Origin: Leucoraja erinacea
Taxonomy: Eukaryota
Reading direction: 5' to 3'
DNA: 64,000 nucleotides
NCBI RefSeq assembly: GCF_028641065.1
Contig: NC_073389.1
Span: 11,470,001 to 11,534,000 of the forward strand
Shown here: piece by piece, positions 24,570-38,000 of the stretch
Numbering within the stretch: position 1 is the stretch's first letter
Layout: each line of letters starts with the position of its first letter
Program-made: the position numbers and the translations under genes
The notes under the pieces: generated by a model
What the model was told of the DNA's origin: nothing
The model's database searches: none
Seen by the model: the letters and a program-made list of their open reading frames with translations, nothing else

Positions 24570-25346
24570 CTGAAAGGAACAGGTCAGATATAAAGTCAGT
24601 AAGTTTTACCAGGTAATATCGACACTCTCAACCATCTGGCATCAGTGGGGAAGGGGGCTGCCAGCTGCATGAACATGCCAGTTGCATGAGAATTGTTCAA
24701 TAAAAACTTTACTGTACGTCACACGAGTATTCTATGCAGAAATCTTTACATAAATTGCCCAACTCCTATTCATCCACTTACACTTAAATAATGTGTATGT
24801 ACTTCAATTATACATTTTAAGGCTAAAGTCATTGAATACATTATGAAATTGTTTAATATTCTTGGAAATGTGTCAGCTGCATGAGAATTCCAGGTAGCAC
24901 AGACCAGAAAAACAAGAATTTACTGTACTGCAATTTGTTTTCTTTAGAAATGCAATATTTATAAGTTTCTGAACGGTTTTTTGATTTCCAACGTGTATTT
25001 AGATTAAGTTTAACAGTGTCATTGCAAAACTGTTTACCATCGGAAGTGGCTAACTTCCAATTAACTTATCAAGACATTAATCAGTGCAAACATTACTGGA
25101 AATTCATATTAATAACAAATTTAGCTAAAATGGATTTTAATTTGCAATTTCCTTAGCTTGCCTTAAATCGTGAGCTAATTCTTTGACAACAAAATAAATG
25201 TGCAGTTTTAATTCCAAATTTATGATCTATAGCATATTAACCAATGACCAAGTAATAATATCATGCCTGGACTATTAAGTTAATGAAATTACATGTCCTG
25301 AAGTACAAGGTTTTCTGAAACAAAGCACAATGGTATGAAAAATTAC

Positions 25347-25388
25347 CTTTTGTATAACATAAAATAAGATGAGCCATCCTTGTTCCAT
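25347..25388 (-). CDS. LTN1: LTN1 exon 11 (MEQGWLILFYVIQK)
   Basis: 42-nt phase-0 exon with pyrimidine tract TTTTTCTTACTAG| and donor AAG|GTAATT; fits the short exon expected here. Confidence 0.85.
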
Positions 25389-27478
25389 CTAGTAAGAAAA
25401 AGTTTAATAAATAAAAAGACTGAATTAAAACAACAAATGTTACATCATGGTGCTTCACAAAGACATCAAATACATTTTGAGGCTAGAGCTTATTTTGGTG
25501 TTGTGAATAAAACCCAATTCAGAGTGATGTATTTACGAGGAATTTTTAAGGAGGTGTGGATGGTGCAGAAACAGAAGATTACAATGAAAATCCCAGCTAG
25601 ACTCAGGCATATCTGTTAATGGTGGGATGACAAGATGCTAAAACTAAGAATATTTAAAAAAGGTCTGGAGCTGAGGAACACGCATGTTATATTTCAAAGT
25701 TATAGAAATAGAGACAGCAAAGCAAAGCGGATATTTCAACATGCAAATTAATATTTTAATGCTTTGATTTTGTCTTTCTAATGTTTAACTGGATAAAATG
25801 GGACATGCAAGATAGAACGCTGGGTAACAGTCTGGCAACATTGGAAGAATAGAGATATAGTTGTGAGAGTATGTCATTTTATTATTTACTTTTGAATGGG
25901 AAGAGCAGGAAACTGCTTTGCAAGAGAGTAAAAATACAAAATGAAAAAACAAGAAAAGGCTAAGAACGTCAGAAACAAATTTATTATAACTTGAGGTATA
26001 AACACTACGAAGAGAGGAAAAGAAGTAAAATTTAAATACAGTACGAAAACATTAAAGAATAGCACAAAAAAGACAAAAATATTATCACAAAATGGTTTAG
26101 GATATAAAGAAATGGTCAGCCTGTTACGTCCATGCCAGTTCAATACGTAAGCAATCCAGCTCGTCCCCCTTCCCTGCTTTGTCATTACAGCTTTAGAAAT
26201 GACTTCCTTTCAGATACTCATCGAGTTGTTTTGCAGAGCACAATGGAATCTGTTGCTACTATCACGCTGGTTGTGCATTCTGGACCCACATTACCCATTG
26301 CTTCCTCTTTTTTTATTCTTGGTCTGTTGGTCAATCACCTTCATCCCTTGTCCCCTAGTTCCTCATTTTTGTGCAGATGAAAACAGATTCTCCTTATCTA
26401 ATCTATCTACACTTGTCATAATTTCAAATGTCCCCTCAGATCTCATAACATTCTCCTTTGTTCCTGGAAGAGCAACTACTGCTTCTCTAGGCTATTCGCA
26501 TAACTGAAGGCTTTCATCCTTGGTATGATATTTTAGTAAATATCTTACGTAACCTTTCAGAAGTATTTAAATCTTACCTGAAAAAAGTGTTATGAAAATA
26601 ATATAATGTTACAAAATAAGCCATGCTGGATTTCCACTGTATACAATAAGAACAGTCATCATATCTCTCAAAGATCTAGCCTGAGCTACCCTGAAGCAGA
26701 TCATTCATACTGAAATGTTATCATGCTGCACTTCTGAATTTGACTGCGGAAGACAACATTTATATTGCTGCCTTGAGATGCCGAGGGTCTGACGTTGCTC
26801 ACTGTTTCTTCCACATTATGCTAAAATGGAAAGAGTTTTGCCACGCAGATACATATAACACTTAAAACAAGACTCAGTATCCAACAAAAAGTGTTCAACA
26901 GAAAATGGATCAATTCATGTACAAATTTCCAGATTTCCACATCTAATATTTCATATTTGACACTTTAAATTTAAATCTATTGATCCAACTATTGTTCTCC
27001 AAGCACATACAAACTTAGCCAGGAGCATACTGAAAAGAGTCTAGGAGAAACAAAATCTGCATTTTTTTTAACCCCCAAAATATTTGCATTATTGCATTTA
27101 CCAGTTAACCTCATGTTCATTGCATTTGGTTCTTGTTTTAAATCTACCTTTTCAATTTCTCAGCTATTTCAAATGTTCACTTCACCAACCTGCATTCTCT
27201 CCAGTTCAGTTGCCACATGGCTTCAACATATTCTTCCCATTTACTATTTTTATTTCCTGAAAAGGATCTTGAAACGCATAAAATTGAAAACAAGTGGAGA
27301 AACATGCAAAAGAGCAAAGTAAAATAACAAATGCAAATAAAAGTGATGATTAAAATACAAAACGGGAGAGCAAGAAAAACAAAACGAGTAATGCCAATGT
27401 ATGTGCTACAGACTTACTGGTATATGTATTCGTGGGTGGAAAGGCAGAAGCAACAATTCCTTACATTTATACACTTAC

Positions 27479-28288
27479 CTGAGATATATGATTGAGTATT
27501 ATCATCTTCTCATTGTTCTGGCAGCAGTGAAGAATACTGTAGAGCATATCAATCAGGCAACTGAAATCAGCTTTGTCTTCCTTCATCCAGGTTAACAGTT
27601 TCTGATTCAGAAACTGCACAGCAGGATTACTTGCCATTGTTTCCACTTCATTCTTTTCCTCAAGGAAAATTTCAGCATTCCCTTCATTATCACCTTCCTG
27701 TAAAACTGTAAATAGATTTCTTGATGGAAAGGAACTGACCAGCGTGGCCAAAAATGCAAGATAGATTTCAGAGTGTTTTTTGATATGAGCTATACACAAT
27801 TTGGCAAGTTGACAGACTAGGTTTTCCAAAGGCACCGTTCTGGCAGGATTACTGTGCTGAGCACATCTGGAAATATCCCCCAAATTTTCAGATTTTGGCA
27901 TCTTCTTTGCGTCAAATGTTAATTCTGCTAAATGGTTGCCATTGTTACGATCAACATTCATGGTTCCTTCTTCGTCAAAAAATCGAATCTTTCCTTTCTT
28001 TTTGACAATGGTTTTTTGAGCCCTCTCAGGATTTTTTAACAATACGAGCAAGGAAGACACTCCTTCCAATAGATTTTTGTCAACTTCTGCACTTTCCACC
28101 TGCGATATGCAAAGCTGAGAAAGACCATCCCAAAAGTAAGGTAACAATCTTCGATATGCATCAGCGCATTCCTTTATTTCTAGATTATCAGCTCGTCTTT
28201 CCCATGACAAAAGAGTGTCTGCTAGATGGGAGAATGTACTGTTTTGCAGTTTAGGGTTCTTCAAAGCAGAATGTACAAGAGGTAGTAA
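27479..28288 (-). CDS. LTN1: LTN1 exon 10, large exon (LLPLVHSALKNPKLQ...ILNHISQ)
   Basis: ORF 27467-28264 extended to acceptor ATAG|; 810 nt; donor GTAAGT. Confidence 0.95.
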
Positions 28289-29028
28289 CTATAAAAGAAA
28301 AAAAAATAAGATTGGCATATTAATTCTGAAATTATATTTGCAATGAAGAATCTTGTTTTGTTTTTATTATAAGCACTTTCATTGGATACTTTTGAATGTT
28401 CTCTTTTCATGTTATAAAAAAAATCTTCAACTGATCCAAAATATTGATTGACAATCCTAGCAGGTTCACATGGTGGATACATGTGAGCATAATTTTACTT
28501 CCGGGCACTGTAATAAATAACATTAGTTATCCTAAACAGCTGATCTCATAACTAACTACAAAAAGTAGCATCAAGGGTATTAATAGAAAGGATAACTTTT
28601 AATCATACAAAGAAACAAGTTGAATAGATGGAATCTATTAGCATATTAGTTCTTGAATAAACTACAACAAAAAAGTGATAATCTGCAGATTGACATCCAA
28701 ATACTTCACACAGCAAGAGATCAATCAGTAATCAGAGGCCTTGGGCAAAAGGAAAACACATCACAAAATTTGATTTCTGTAGATAAATAGCACCAAAATT
28801 TCACTCTTGGTCAAGAATATTACCAGGTTAAGTAGAAGGGAATTTAGTATTGACATTTTTTTTAACAAAATCAAAAACTCAAGAATATCAACTATGTGAA
28901 AGTGCCACAGTGCTTTAAAATATATGCCACAGATTAATATGTTACAAATTTTGACTTTTCTGCTTCAATTTTTCCAATCTCAACAAGTCAATTCTTTGCA
29001 GTTTTTATGATTAGCTTTTCGCACATAC

Positions 29029-29176
29029 CTGATTATTTATGAGCATCTCTTGGAGCTTCTGCTGATCCTCATTCATTCCCAGATTCTGGTGCAATGTAAA
29101 ACGTAAACATTCCATAATTGCAGCCACAATTGCTGAACTCTCAGAACAACTCATCAAGGCACGCTCACTTAGTAAT
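29029..29176 (-). CDS. LTN1: LTN1 exon 9 (LLSERALMSCSESSAIVAAIMECLRF...LQEMLINNQ)
   Basis: Manual translation; 148 nt; phases consistent with neighbours. Confidence 0.93.
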
Positions 29177-31076
29177 CTAATCAAAACAAAATCATTTAAA
29201 GCACACCGTACAACATTTCTTGAAAGTAGTTTTCATTGCTGTTGCTTCAAAAAATTTGAATATTTTTTTCAATAAATGCTTTCTACATCATAAAGTAATT
29301 TACAAATCAATATTCTATATTATGTCTCAGTTAGAAAAACAGAAAATGAAGTTTCTGACACACATATATATATTATCAAAGCAATTATTTTCTCCAAAAT
29401 TACCTAATGATAGAAATGAGAAAAGTATTAAGAATTCACAGGCATGTGTTTGATTATCTTATTATTGAAGTTCTATTCAATTTATGCCAATCGATTATGA
29501 TTTTTTTTAAAGTTGTGATTTGGGACAAAGCCAAGATTATTGCTTTGGAAAGTAAAAATACTGAAAAGATGATAATGTAATCCAACCAAAGATACAACCC
29601 ACGGCATACACAAAGCAGTTTACTGTTCTGAGAAAATAAGCAAAACAAAGCCAAATCATGTATCAGTCAAAAATTGTTAACCAAATAATGAAGTTATTGA
29701 AGTATGGCTCTTACTGAATCACAATTTGTAAACCACCCACCTAACTGTGGTGTGGATGTATGGAGTAGGATTGTAGGGATGTCAAAACAAGTTAAGAGGT
29801 CCAAACATGCACAATGATGGCAGAAAACTGTATCCAAGTCAACTTCTTGGGTATACTTGGCTCCAATAACAAAAACTCTTAATTTGAGTGTACTAGACTT
29901 TCAGTAGGAACAATTATTTTCTCATTTGGTTCAAATAACCTATAAGCGAATCCCTAAAAAGTGTACTTGCACCTGGAAAATTAATACAAAAGTTATCAAT
30001 ATTCTGTGGTGTTAAGATGTGTTGTTTAATTAATTAAAATCTGTACTACTTGGCTCTTGTTCAAATTTCGAGCTGTTGCTGAAATACATTTACTCGCTTA
30101 AAGTTTGGATAAGTAGAATCTGCAATTCCAGTTAGTGACAAGAATGAAATAGAAACTAAGATAATGGAAATGTTAAATAAATACAGTCAATGCATGAAAT
30201 ACCCAGGAGTTCAGGCAGTTTTTGTGGAGCGAGAAACAGGTCAATGATTTATTAATGAAATTCCATCCCTGTCTTTAGATTTTTTCATACAGGCAATACA
30301 ATTTTATTTACACTTTATCTTTTTAAAGTCATTCAAAACTATTCTAAGACCACCTTTCAACTTGATTTGACTGTAGCAATGAGATATTTTCTTTGAGCAG
30401 TCCTTCCACAATGCTGAGAACTATTCTACAGCTATTAAAACTAATCTTTCCCTTCAATCTGCTATGGTAAATGAGTTTGGCCTGATTGCATTTATGTATA
30501 GTGTTATCTGATTGGACTGGATAGCATGAAAAACAAAGCTTTTCACAGTATCTCAATGCGCATAACTATAATGAACCTAAACCTAATGAGGAGGGACTTG
30601 CAAGGCATTACCAATGTTAATTAATTTTATAGCAGCATATTTCACCGAGAATTGTTACAATTCATAGAGAAATTATGAGGGGCTAGGATAAAAACCAAAA
30701 GTGTGCCAGCTTAATTACTAAAATCTGAAATAACTGAAACCTATAGCACTAAGGCCTTGCCGTTCCTGCGCTAGCTCTGTGCTGCATTTTATCCTTAAGC
30801 CCTTAAGTTTCTCATTGTCACTTATCCTTCCATTTCAAAATTAACTACCAAATTGTTTTCATTGCCCTTTTCAGCTAGAGCAATTTACATCAAATAATTC
30901 AATTAAAAAAATTCTGAATCCTTCCTCAAATCTTTTCCACAAATATTTCCAGACCTTAACTTTAACTATCAACATTTTTATATGACGAAAAGCACTTTAA
31001 ATTAAGTAACTATAGTTAATAACAAAATAATCACTACGGATTGTAGTCATGTGGGAATAATTTACAAAGAACATAC

Positions 31077-31267
31077 CCCTTGGCACAGGTACTGAAGAAA
31101 ATGGTGAAAAATTCCATCTTTGGTGCTATTATTTCTTCTGGTAATTTGCTAAAAAATGGTAAAAGGCTTGGATAGATAACAGAGGCAAGGCCCTGACCGC
31201 CATCTTTTAGTACTATCCATAGCTTTGGCAAAACTCCTTTATTTGCATTTACATGGGCCCAACAATC
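31077..31267 (-). CDS. LTN1: LTN1 exon 8 (DCWAHVNANKGVLPKLW...FSTCAKG)
   Basis: Overlaps ORF 31034-31231; 191 nt; donor GTATGT. Confidence 0.94.
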
Positions 31268-32939
31268 CTAATAGAAACATTACAAAAATGTTAATAAAAA
31301 TGCAATAACATTTCACTTACAGAATTAAATACAATGTCAGTAAGAAAGGCAGACAGAAAAACGTAAAATTGCTGGCTTTTAAAAATGCACAAAATGATCT
31401 TAATGCTGTGGGGGGGGGGGGGGGGGGAGGAAAGATGAAGCTTGCTGCCCAGGGTCACTGGCTATGGAAGTTCCGTCATTTAGATTTGGAGGGACTACCT
31501 TGCTATCTAAAACATTCTGGATTCCAGTAGCATAGTATTCTGCACAGTTACAGGGCATCAAATAGTGCACCAGAACAGCCCCTTTTGAAAACATCCCTGA
31601 GTGTTGGCAACTGGCAAATTACAACTATGACACAAGATTGCAGATTACGCATTTGAAATGGTGCTCTATTAAATTTGCTTCAAATATGCTGTCAGGAAAA
31701 AATGACAGAACTGATGCAAAATGTTTTAAGCTAGACAGTAACTGAAATGCTATTTAAATTTTTTAACCTCCCTGACCAGAAAAAAAATCAATTAACTTCC
31801 ACAACAGTGCCTTCAGTGTTCTCTCAACTTGCCCCCAAATTGATTAATGTTCCTCTTTCTGCAGAATCCCATTATAAATCCTTCATCAAGCTTTCACAAT
31901 GCTTTTCACACAAATTGGTGCTGTTACTCGAGATTATATTAGAAGCATTTTCAATTGGAGAAAAGCCAGATGAATCTTACCTAGCAGCCCAATGTTCTTT
32001 TCTGCTCAGCCTTGTCACTGTCATATACAATGTATGTTTTACCATCTATGATAAAGTTGGAAACAAACTTTCCACAGCAGCTGCTCCTCACCCAAGTGTG
32101 CATCTGACAATAAACTCGACTTAACTTATTTTTTCTTCATTTCCCTTTTCATCCCCCGAAGGACCCAACCAGATGCAACTAAATTTAAGGTAGCTCTTTC
32201 TTCCCAAAAACCCTTTCTGGCTTAAGTCCTCCCTCCACCACCTCCAGTTTAAATTCCATTTGTAATATTTTGGAGGACCAAGAAACCAAGACTGGAAACC
32301 TGGAAAGGTACAATAATATCAAATTCCATTAACACAGAACCTTTCATGTCGTACAAGGACAGTCGGGATAACACAGCAAATTATAGGAATAATGAGCCTT
32401 TCAGCAGTGGTATGGAATCTTTTGAAGATGATGCTTTGAGATGGGATTTACTCACATCAGGACAGGCATGTGCTTATTAGGGATGATTAGCATGACTTTA
32501 TCTGGGAGAGGTTCGGTCTTAAACATATCACCATTATAGGACCATAAGACATAGGAGCAGAATTAGGCCATTCAGCCCATTTCAGTCTGAAGAAGGGTAA
32601 CTGCTTAATAACTAAAAACACAAGGGATTCTTTCAGTATAAAACCACCCCAGATAAAGTAATGCTAATCATCCTTATTAAGCACATCTGTCCAGATGTGA
32701 GTAAATCCCATCTCTAAGAATAATCTTCAATAGATTCCACACCACTGTTGTAAGGCTCATTATTCCTGTAATTTGCTGTTATCGCTACCGCCCTTGTACA
32801 ACATGAAAGGTTCTGTATCAAAGATGAAAAATAAATTGCAATTTCAACAAACAATACATTCAACAAGATTTTGTCAAATGCTATCTTTTTAAAATGCAAA
32901 AATGAACTCTTCACCCAAATTCCCTACATTTCACTTTAC

Positions 32940-33113
32940 CTCAATGCAGCTGAGCACGTAAAGTGCCGCTGCCCACACGGAAGGGCATACCACTGGATCC
33001 ATATCATCTATGCTCAACAACACAGCTGGACACACCTTTGCAGCTTCAGACTTCATCAATTCAGGCAAATGCTGGCAAAAAGCAATAATCAATTCAAAGA
33101 AAGCTGACCGAAT
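32940..33113 (-). CDS. LTN1: LTN1 exon 7 ([18 protein letters not shown]...[12 protein letters not shown])
   Basis: Manual translation; 174 nt; canonical splice sites. Confidence 0.94.
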
Positions 33114-33932
33114 CTAAAAAATAAAGAAAGCAGTAAGAATTTCAGTATCTCATTGCTTATTTCAAATATTAATATTTTGCAGATCACAAAATAGTTGAGG
33201 TAGATCAAGAAAGTTAAGGGGTCAATAATAATTCACAGTGAAGTCATCAGGTTGTGCTATTGTAAATGAAGCTTGAAATAAACCTTTTCTTTGAATAATT
33301 AATTAATTTTCCTCCATCATGGTATCTGATTTCACCCAAGTGACCAACAAACTGTAAAGATCCATTTCTCTCTCATTCGATCTTTTAATTTATTCATCTA
33401 GGGAACTGATATTGCTGGCTTTATCCCAAAATGATCCTGAACAAATGAGGCAATTAAACTATCAATATTGGCGGGTCACATTTATCCAGAATGTGTGGAT
33501 ATGGTAGGTTTCCCTTCCATAAGGACATTAGTGTTGCAAGTAGGTTTTATTACAATCTAGTGAATTACACATACATATGTACATAAAAACTAGGAGCATC
33601 TGTTTAATAAGACCATGGCTAATCCACATTCCCACCTGTTCAAAGCAACCTTTCAGCCCTTTGGTTATCCAGTATTCATCTATCTGTGCCTTAAAATATT
33701 CAAAGATTCTGTTTCCACTGCTTTTGAGGAAGAGTTCTCTAAAGATTATCAATTCTCTGAGAAAAGAATAACTTTCTTTTGTAAATGGATAACTTTTTGA
33801 ACTGTTAACTCCAGTTTTCAATTCTCTCATCAAATGAAACATCCTCTTTACTTCCACCAAGACTCTACAAGGTCATATGTTTCAACACATTCACTTCACC
33901 AGTGGATACAAGTGCGGGGAGACCCAATAGAA

Positions 33933-34386
33933 CAGTGGTTCCCAACATGGGGCGTACGCCCCACAGGGGGGCAATTTGATTTTTAAGGGGGGCAATTGAG
34001 CGCGACTGAGGAGGTCTGGGTCCAAATTTTCGATTTTTATTTTTTTGGATTTTCCATCAGGTAAACATATATAGTTTATGTTTCAGATGTTATTTTGAGT
34101 AAATAATTTTTTTTGGGTAAAAAAGGTCTTTATTGTGTAGTTATTACATAATCACCGCGCCATCGCTCTTCATGCACGTTGCACGAAGCGCGCGAGGTCA
34201 TGGGAGAACCTTATTTATTGAATTGGATTTAGAAATGCGATTCAAAGAGCTTTTGCTAAGTTACCCTTATAATATCTATTTCCTCTGTTTTCTCTCAAGT
34301 TATATATCACCACATGGGGGGGGGGGGCATCAGGATTTTAGAGGTGATTAGGTGGGGAATGGCCAAAAAAAGGTTGGGAACCACTG
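33933..34386. mobile_element. hAT (Charlie-like) MITE
   Basis: TIRs CAGTGGTTCCCAAC / GTTGGGAACCACTG; perfect 8-bp TSD CAATAGAA (33925-33932, 34387-34394). Confidence 0.92.
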
Positions 34387-35282
34387 CAATAGAAGCATAT
34401 AAAATTATGAGAGGCCAAGATAGGATGGACAGTCAGATCCTTTTTTCCCTGGATGGAAAAATTAAATACTAGAGGGCATAACTTTAAGGTGAGAGGGGCA
34501 GTTGAAAGGAGATGTGCGAGGCAAGATTTGTTTTCTTTCAAGAACAGAGAATGGTGCCAGGAATGCGCTGCTGGAGGTGGTGGTGTAGGAAGATACAATA
34601 GTGGCATTTATGGATTATGTGCAGGTAAATAAGAGATGGTCCTGACATCATGTTCGGCACAGACATTGTGGGCCGAAGGACTCATTCTTGTACTGTTCTA
34701 TGTTCTAATAAGTAGAATGAAAATTTAAAAAAACTGCCAATGCTGTAAATCAAAAACAATAGTCCCAGTGCTGATTCTTGTGGATCACCACTACCCACCG
34801 TTTTCTTTGCAAATAGCTGCCCTTAACTCCAACGCTCTGGTTTCTAACTTAAAGCTAACTGGGAAAACTATATATCCTGACTTCATATTTTCTGATCTTA
34901 TTTGTTAGTTTATTATATAGTAACTGGACCTTTTGAAGATCCAGAAAAACTATGTTTACACCATTGCACCTACTTTTGCTGTTACCTCTTGGAAAAAAAA
35001 GCAAAACCGATGGCGATTCTTGCTTTTGAAATCTTTGTTGACTAATCATTATTGTTTACTGCCAAACCTTTTCAGTTTTATTTATTCATTCAATTTTTGA
35101 GATTCATTGCTGGCAAGGCCAACATTAAATGTGCACTCTTAATTGCCCTTCTTGAACTGCTCCAGTGCTCCTGTAGAGAATGTTTCACATTGTTGATGAA
35201 CTCACACCATCTTATCTCAGTATCAACTTAGCCAAATAACCTTCAATTTTTTTTTCAATATTTCAGAAAATAATTATCAAAC

Positions 35283-35463
35283 CTGTGGATTTTTATGCTT
35301 GCAATATTTCCAAAACTTGGACTGTGATAAAACTTTTATTAGTCTGTCTTTCAGAACCATCCGCTCATTTTCAGGTAAAAGATCAAGTAGCTTCTTCATA
35401 GCCAAGAATGAACTGGTAACAACTCTTAAGTATTTGCCTTCCCTTTCTTCTTCTGGAACACAC
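35283..35463 (-). CDS. LTN1: LTN1 exon 6 ([18 protein letters not shown]...[12 protein letters not shown])
   Basis: Within ORF 35277-35480; 181 nt; canonical splice sites. Confidence 0.95.
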
Positions 35464-35643
35464 CTAAAGTTGAAAAGCAAAATTTAAAAAAATATTTTTT
35501 TATATAAATCTAGCTTTAGCATGCACAATATAGAATGATAAATATGTTTCTAAACACATTTACAGGTCTAGATTAATTTAGGATTCTGTTTTTACAGGAA
35601 TACATCTTTAATCATAGCGTTTCCAAATTCCACGATAACCTAC

Positions 35644-35696
35644 TGTGGGTCGCTGAGTGTCTCTGGAGTTTCTTTCATGATGTTATCATCTAAAAT
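35644..35696 (-). CDS. LTN1: LTN1 exon 5 (ILDDNIMKETPETLSDPQ)
   Basis: Manual translation; 53 nt; phase-2 end fits exon 6. Confidence 0.93.
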
Positions 35697-35781
35697 CTGT
35701 AAAACAGAGAAATGACAACTGTAATTAAAAACTGTAATTACAAAAATTGATTGAATAAATCACACATTCACCAAATGACCA

Positions 35782-36455
35782 CCAGGGGCGCCGGGGCGAT
35801 AGCTGCCCTGCCGGCAGTCTGTTAGTTTTTTCATTCTTTTGTTATTTTTTAGTGGGTTCAAAGTTTGTTTTAATGTTCTTCGGTTTATTTTATATGGGGG
35901 AGGGGGGAGGGGATCGGGGGGGAACTTTTTTTCAAACAAACCTTGAGAATGTGATCAATTTTCGGATCACATTCTCCGGGCTCTGCGGCCTTCCATCGAT
36001 GGAGCTGGAAGCCTCCTCGGACTGTTGTGAGCCCCACTGCGGGGCGCGGACTTAACATCGGAGCTGATCCCTTGCCTGGGATCGCTCCCACCGCTCAATC
36101 AACATCAAGGGCTCGCAGTCTCGGGTGAGGCCGAGTCGGGAGCTCCAACGTCGCGGAAGGTTCGATCGCCTGGCGCGGGGGAGGGTCCGAACGCCGCCGG
36201 CTACGGGAGTCAAGATCATCCCGTCAACGGGGGCTCGAGGCCCACGACCAAGGAAGAACAGAAGGAAGAGACTTGTACTTTATGTCGCCTTCCATCACAG
36301 TGAGGAACGTGTACGAGTCACTGTGGTGGATGTTCATGTTAAAATGTGTTTTTGAGTGATCTGTTACTTTTTATTGTATGACTGACCTGGCCAATGAAAT
36401 TCCATCTTATGCTGCAAAACCTACTTGGCGAATAAAGTGTGATTCTGATTCTGAT
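35782..36455 (+). mobile_element. CpG-rich non-autonomous retroposon of unassigned family
   Basis: Head GGGGCGCC...ATAGCTGCC, T-rich tract, CpG-rich core, AATAAA plus (GATTCT)n tail; same architecture as 55157-56012 (minus). Confidence 0.6.
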
Positions 36456-36849
36456 GAAGCTTGACTGTGGATTTCATCAATTAAATTGTTCCAGTAATGC
36501 AAAAGCCTTGGAAAATGTTGAAATGAGGGTTGGCCAATAGATGGCACTGTATTCATATATTTACCACGATAAATAAGAAGGTAAACCTAAGTTCATGCAC
36601 ACTATGAACATAGGAACTGGTGAGTGGTTGAGTGGTGGAAAAATTATACATTGTTTTATTTTTTGTCAGCTTCGACCTCTTTTGGGTCACAACTGTGTTA
36701 CGTTTTTTTTTGCCAAATCTATGAGCAAAACAAATTTCTGCTCAATACTAACCATTTTTATTCCAATTTTAGACTGGGACTAAACTTTAAGTTAAAAGCT
36801 TTAAATCCCACTCTATAGACGTGCACTAAATTTTTGGATGGCACCTCAG

Positions 36850-37160
36850 CACAGAGCTAACGGTCCAACATTGGTAGAAGTACTCTATTTTGCATGAGAT
36901 GTTAAGCCAAGGTCTTGTCTGCTGTCTCAGGTGAGGGTGAGAGTAAAAGATACAATGGCACAATTTCAAAGAAGAGCAAGGATATTAGCCAGTATTAGCC
37001 AATATATATCCCACAAATAACATCACTATAGCATGATCTAGTTGATATCATATTGTCGTTTAAGTGAGCATATCGGATAGGGTGTTTACTGTATTTCAAA
37101 AATATCCAAGTTCCAAACTTATTTTATTGGTTACAAAGTTCATTGGGTGCTTTGCTCTTA
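36850..37160 (+). mobile_element. Ancient DeuSINE (SacSINE1/AmnSINE1-like) remnant
   Basis: ATGAGATGTTAAGCCAAGG...GTAAAAGATACAATGGCACAATTTCAAAGAAGAGCA...GCCAATATATATCCC resembles the Deu-domain consensus as recalled. Confidence 0.7.
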
Positions 37161-37261
37161 GTGTCATAATTTAGGATGACATTCGTGTGCTCACACCTAC
37201 AAAGGGTCACAAGTGTGCAATCCTTAATCATATTTCACACAAGAATAAACAAGTCAATAGC

Positions 37262-37550
37262 AGGCAGCACAGTGGTGCAGTAGTTGAGTTGTTGCCTCAC
37301 AGAGCCAAAGACCCGGTTCGATCCTGACCAAGGAGTGTTGTCTGTACGGAGTTTGTTCGTTTTCCCTGTGACTGCGTGGGCTTTCTCTGGGTGCTCCAGT
37401 GCCCTCCCACATTCCAAAGACGTGCTGGTTGGTAGGTTAATTAGCTTCTGTAAATTGGCCCTTGTGTGTAGGATAGAACTAGTGTTATTGCTGATCGGCG
37501 TGGACTCAGTAGGCCACAGGGCCCATTTCCACGCTGTATCTCCAAATTAA
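37262..37550 (+). mobile_element. tRNA-derived HE1-type V-SINE
   Basis: A-box/B-box head (GTGGTGCAGTAG...GGTTCGATCC) and V-domain CCCTGTGACTGCGTGGG...CCTCCCACATTCCAAAGACGTG; further copies at ~44540-44700, ~56330-56680 (minus), ~21940-22230 (minus). Confidence 0.85.
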
Positions 37551-37769
37551 ACAATGGAGCAAGAAAATTTACATCTTAACATGGATTAAAACACAAGAAG
37601 GATTGAATAATGCAACTGCTAATGGCGAGGTTCTTTTTTAAATGCACAGAAAAAACATTACATAGAGTATAGAATGTACCGCCATGACAGAAACCATATC
37701 AAACTATCAATAACAGAATATTTGTTTCATTCCTAAAACGAAGCTGTAAGAAGTTTTGTTTAAACTTAC

Positions 37770-38000
37770 AGTTGTAATTTCCTCTTTACAAAAAGCCACA
37801 GCCTCCGATTGCTTATTTGGTGGAAAAGCCACTTGGAAAGCCATTTTTGCTGCTGAGGCTGCTGGACCATAGGTATCACACTGAGCAATAAGCCAATGCC
37901 CCATAATACTCTTCAAGTAAGGTGCTAAGTTTCGCTTCACCTGAAGGATGAGTGACTCAAATGCCTGTTGAATTGCTTCTCGGACTCTACGGTCATGATC
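37770..38000 (-). CDS. LTN1: LTN1 exon 4 ([14 protein letters not shown]...AFCKEEITT)
   Basis: Within ORF 37707-38045; CAG| and |GTAAGT flanks; 231 nt. Confidence 0.95.

Noticed and set aside
37262-37335. tRNA gene
   Set aside because: A/B boxes belong to a SINE head followed by a V-domain; no complete cloverleaf.
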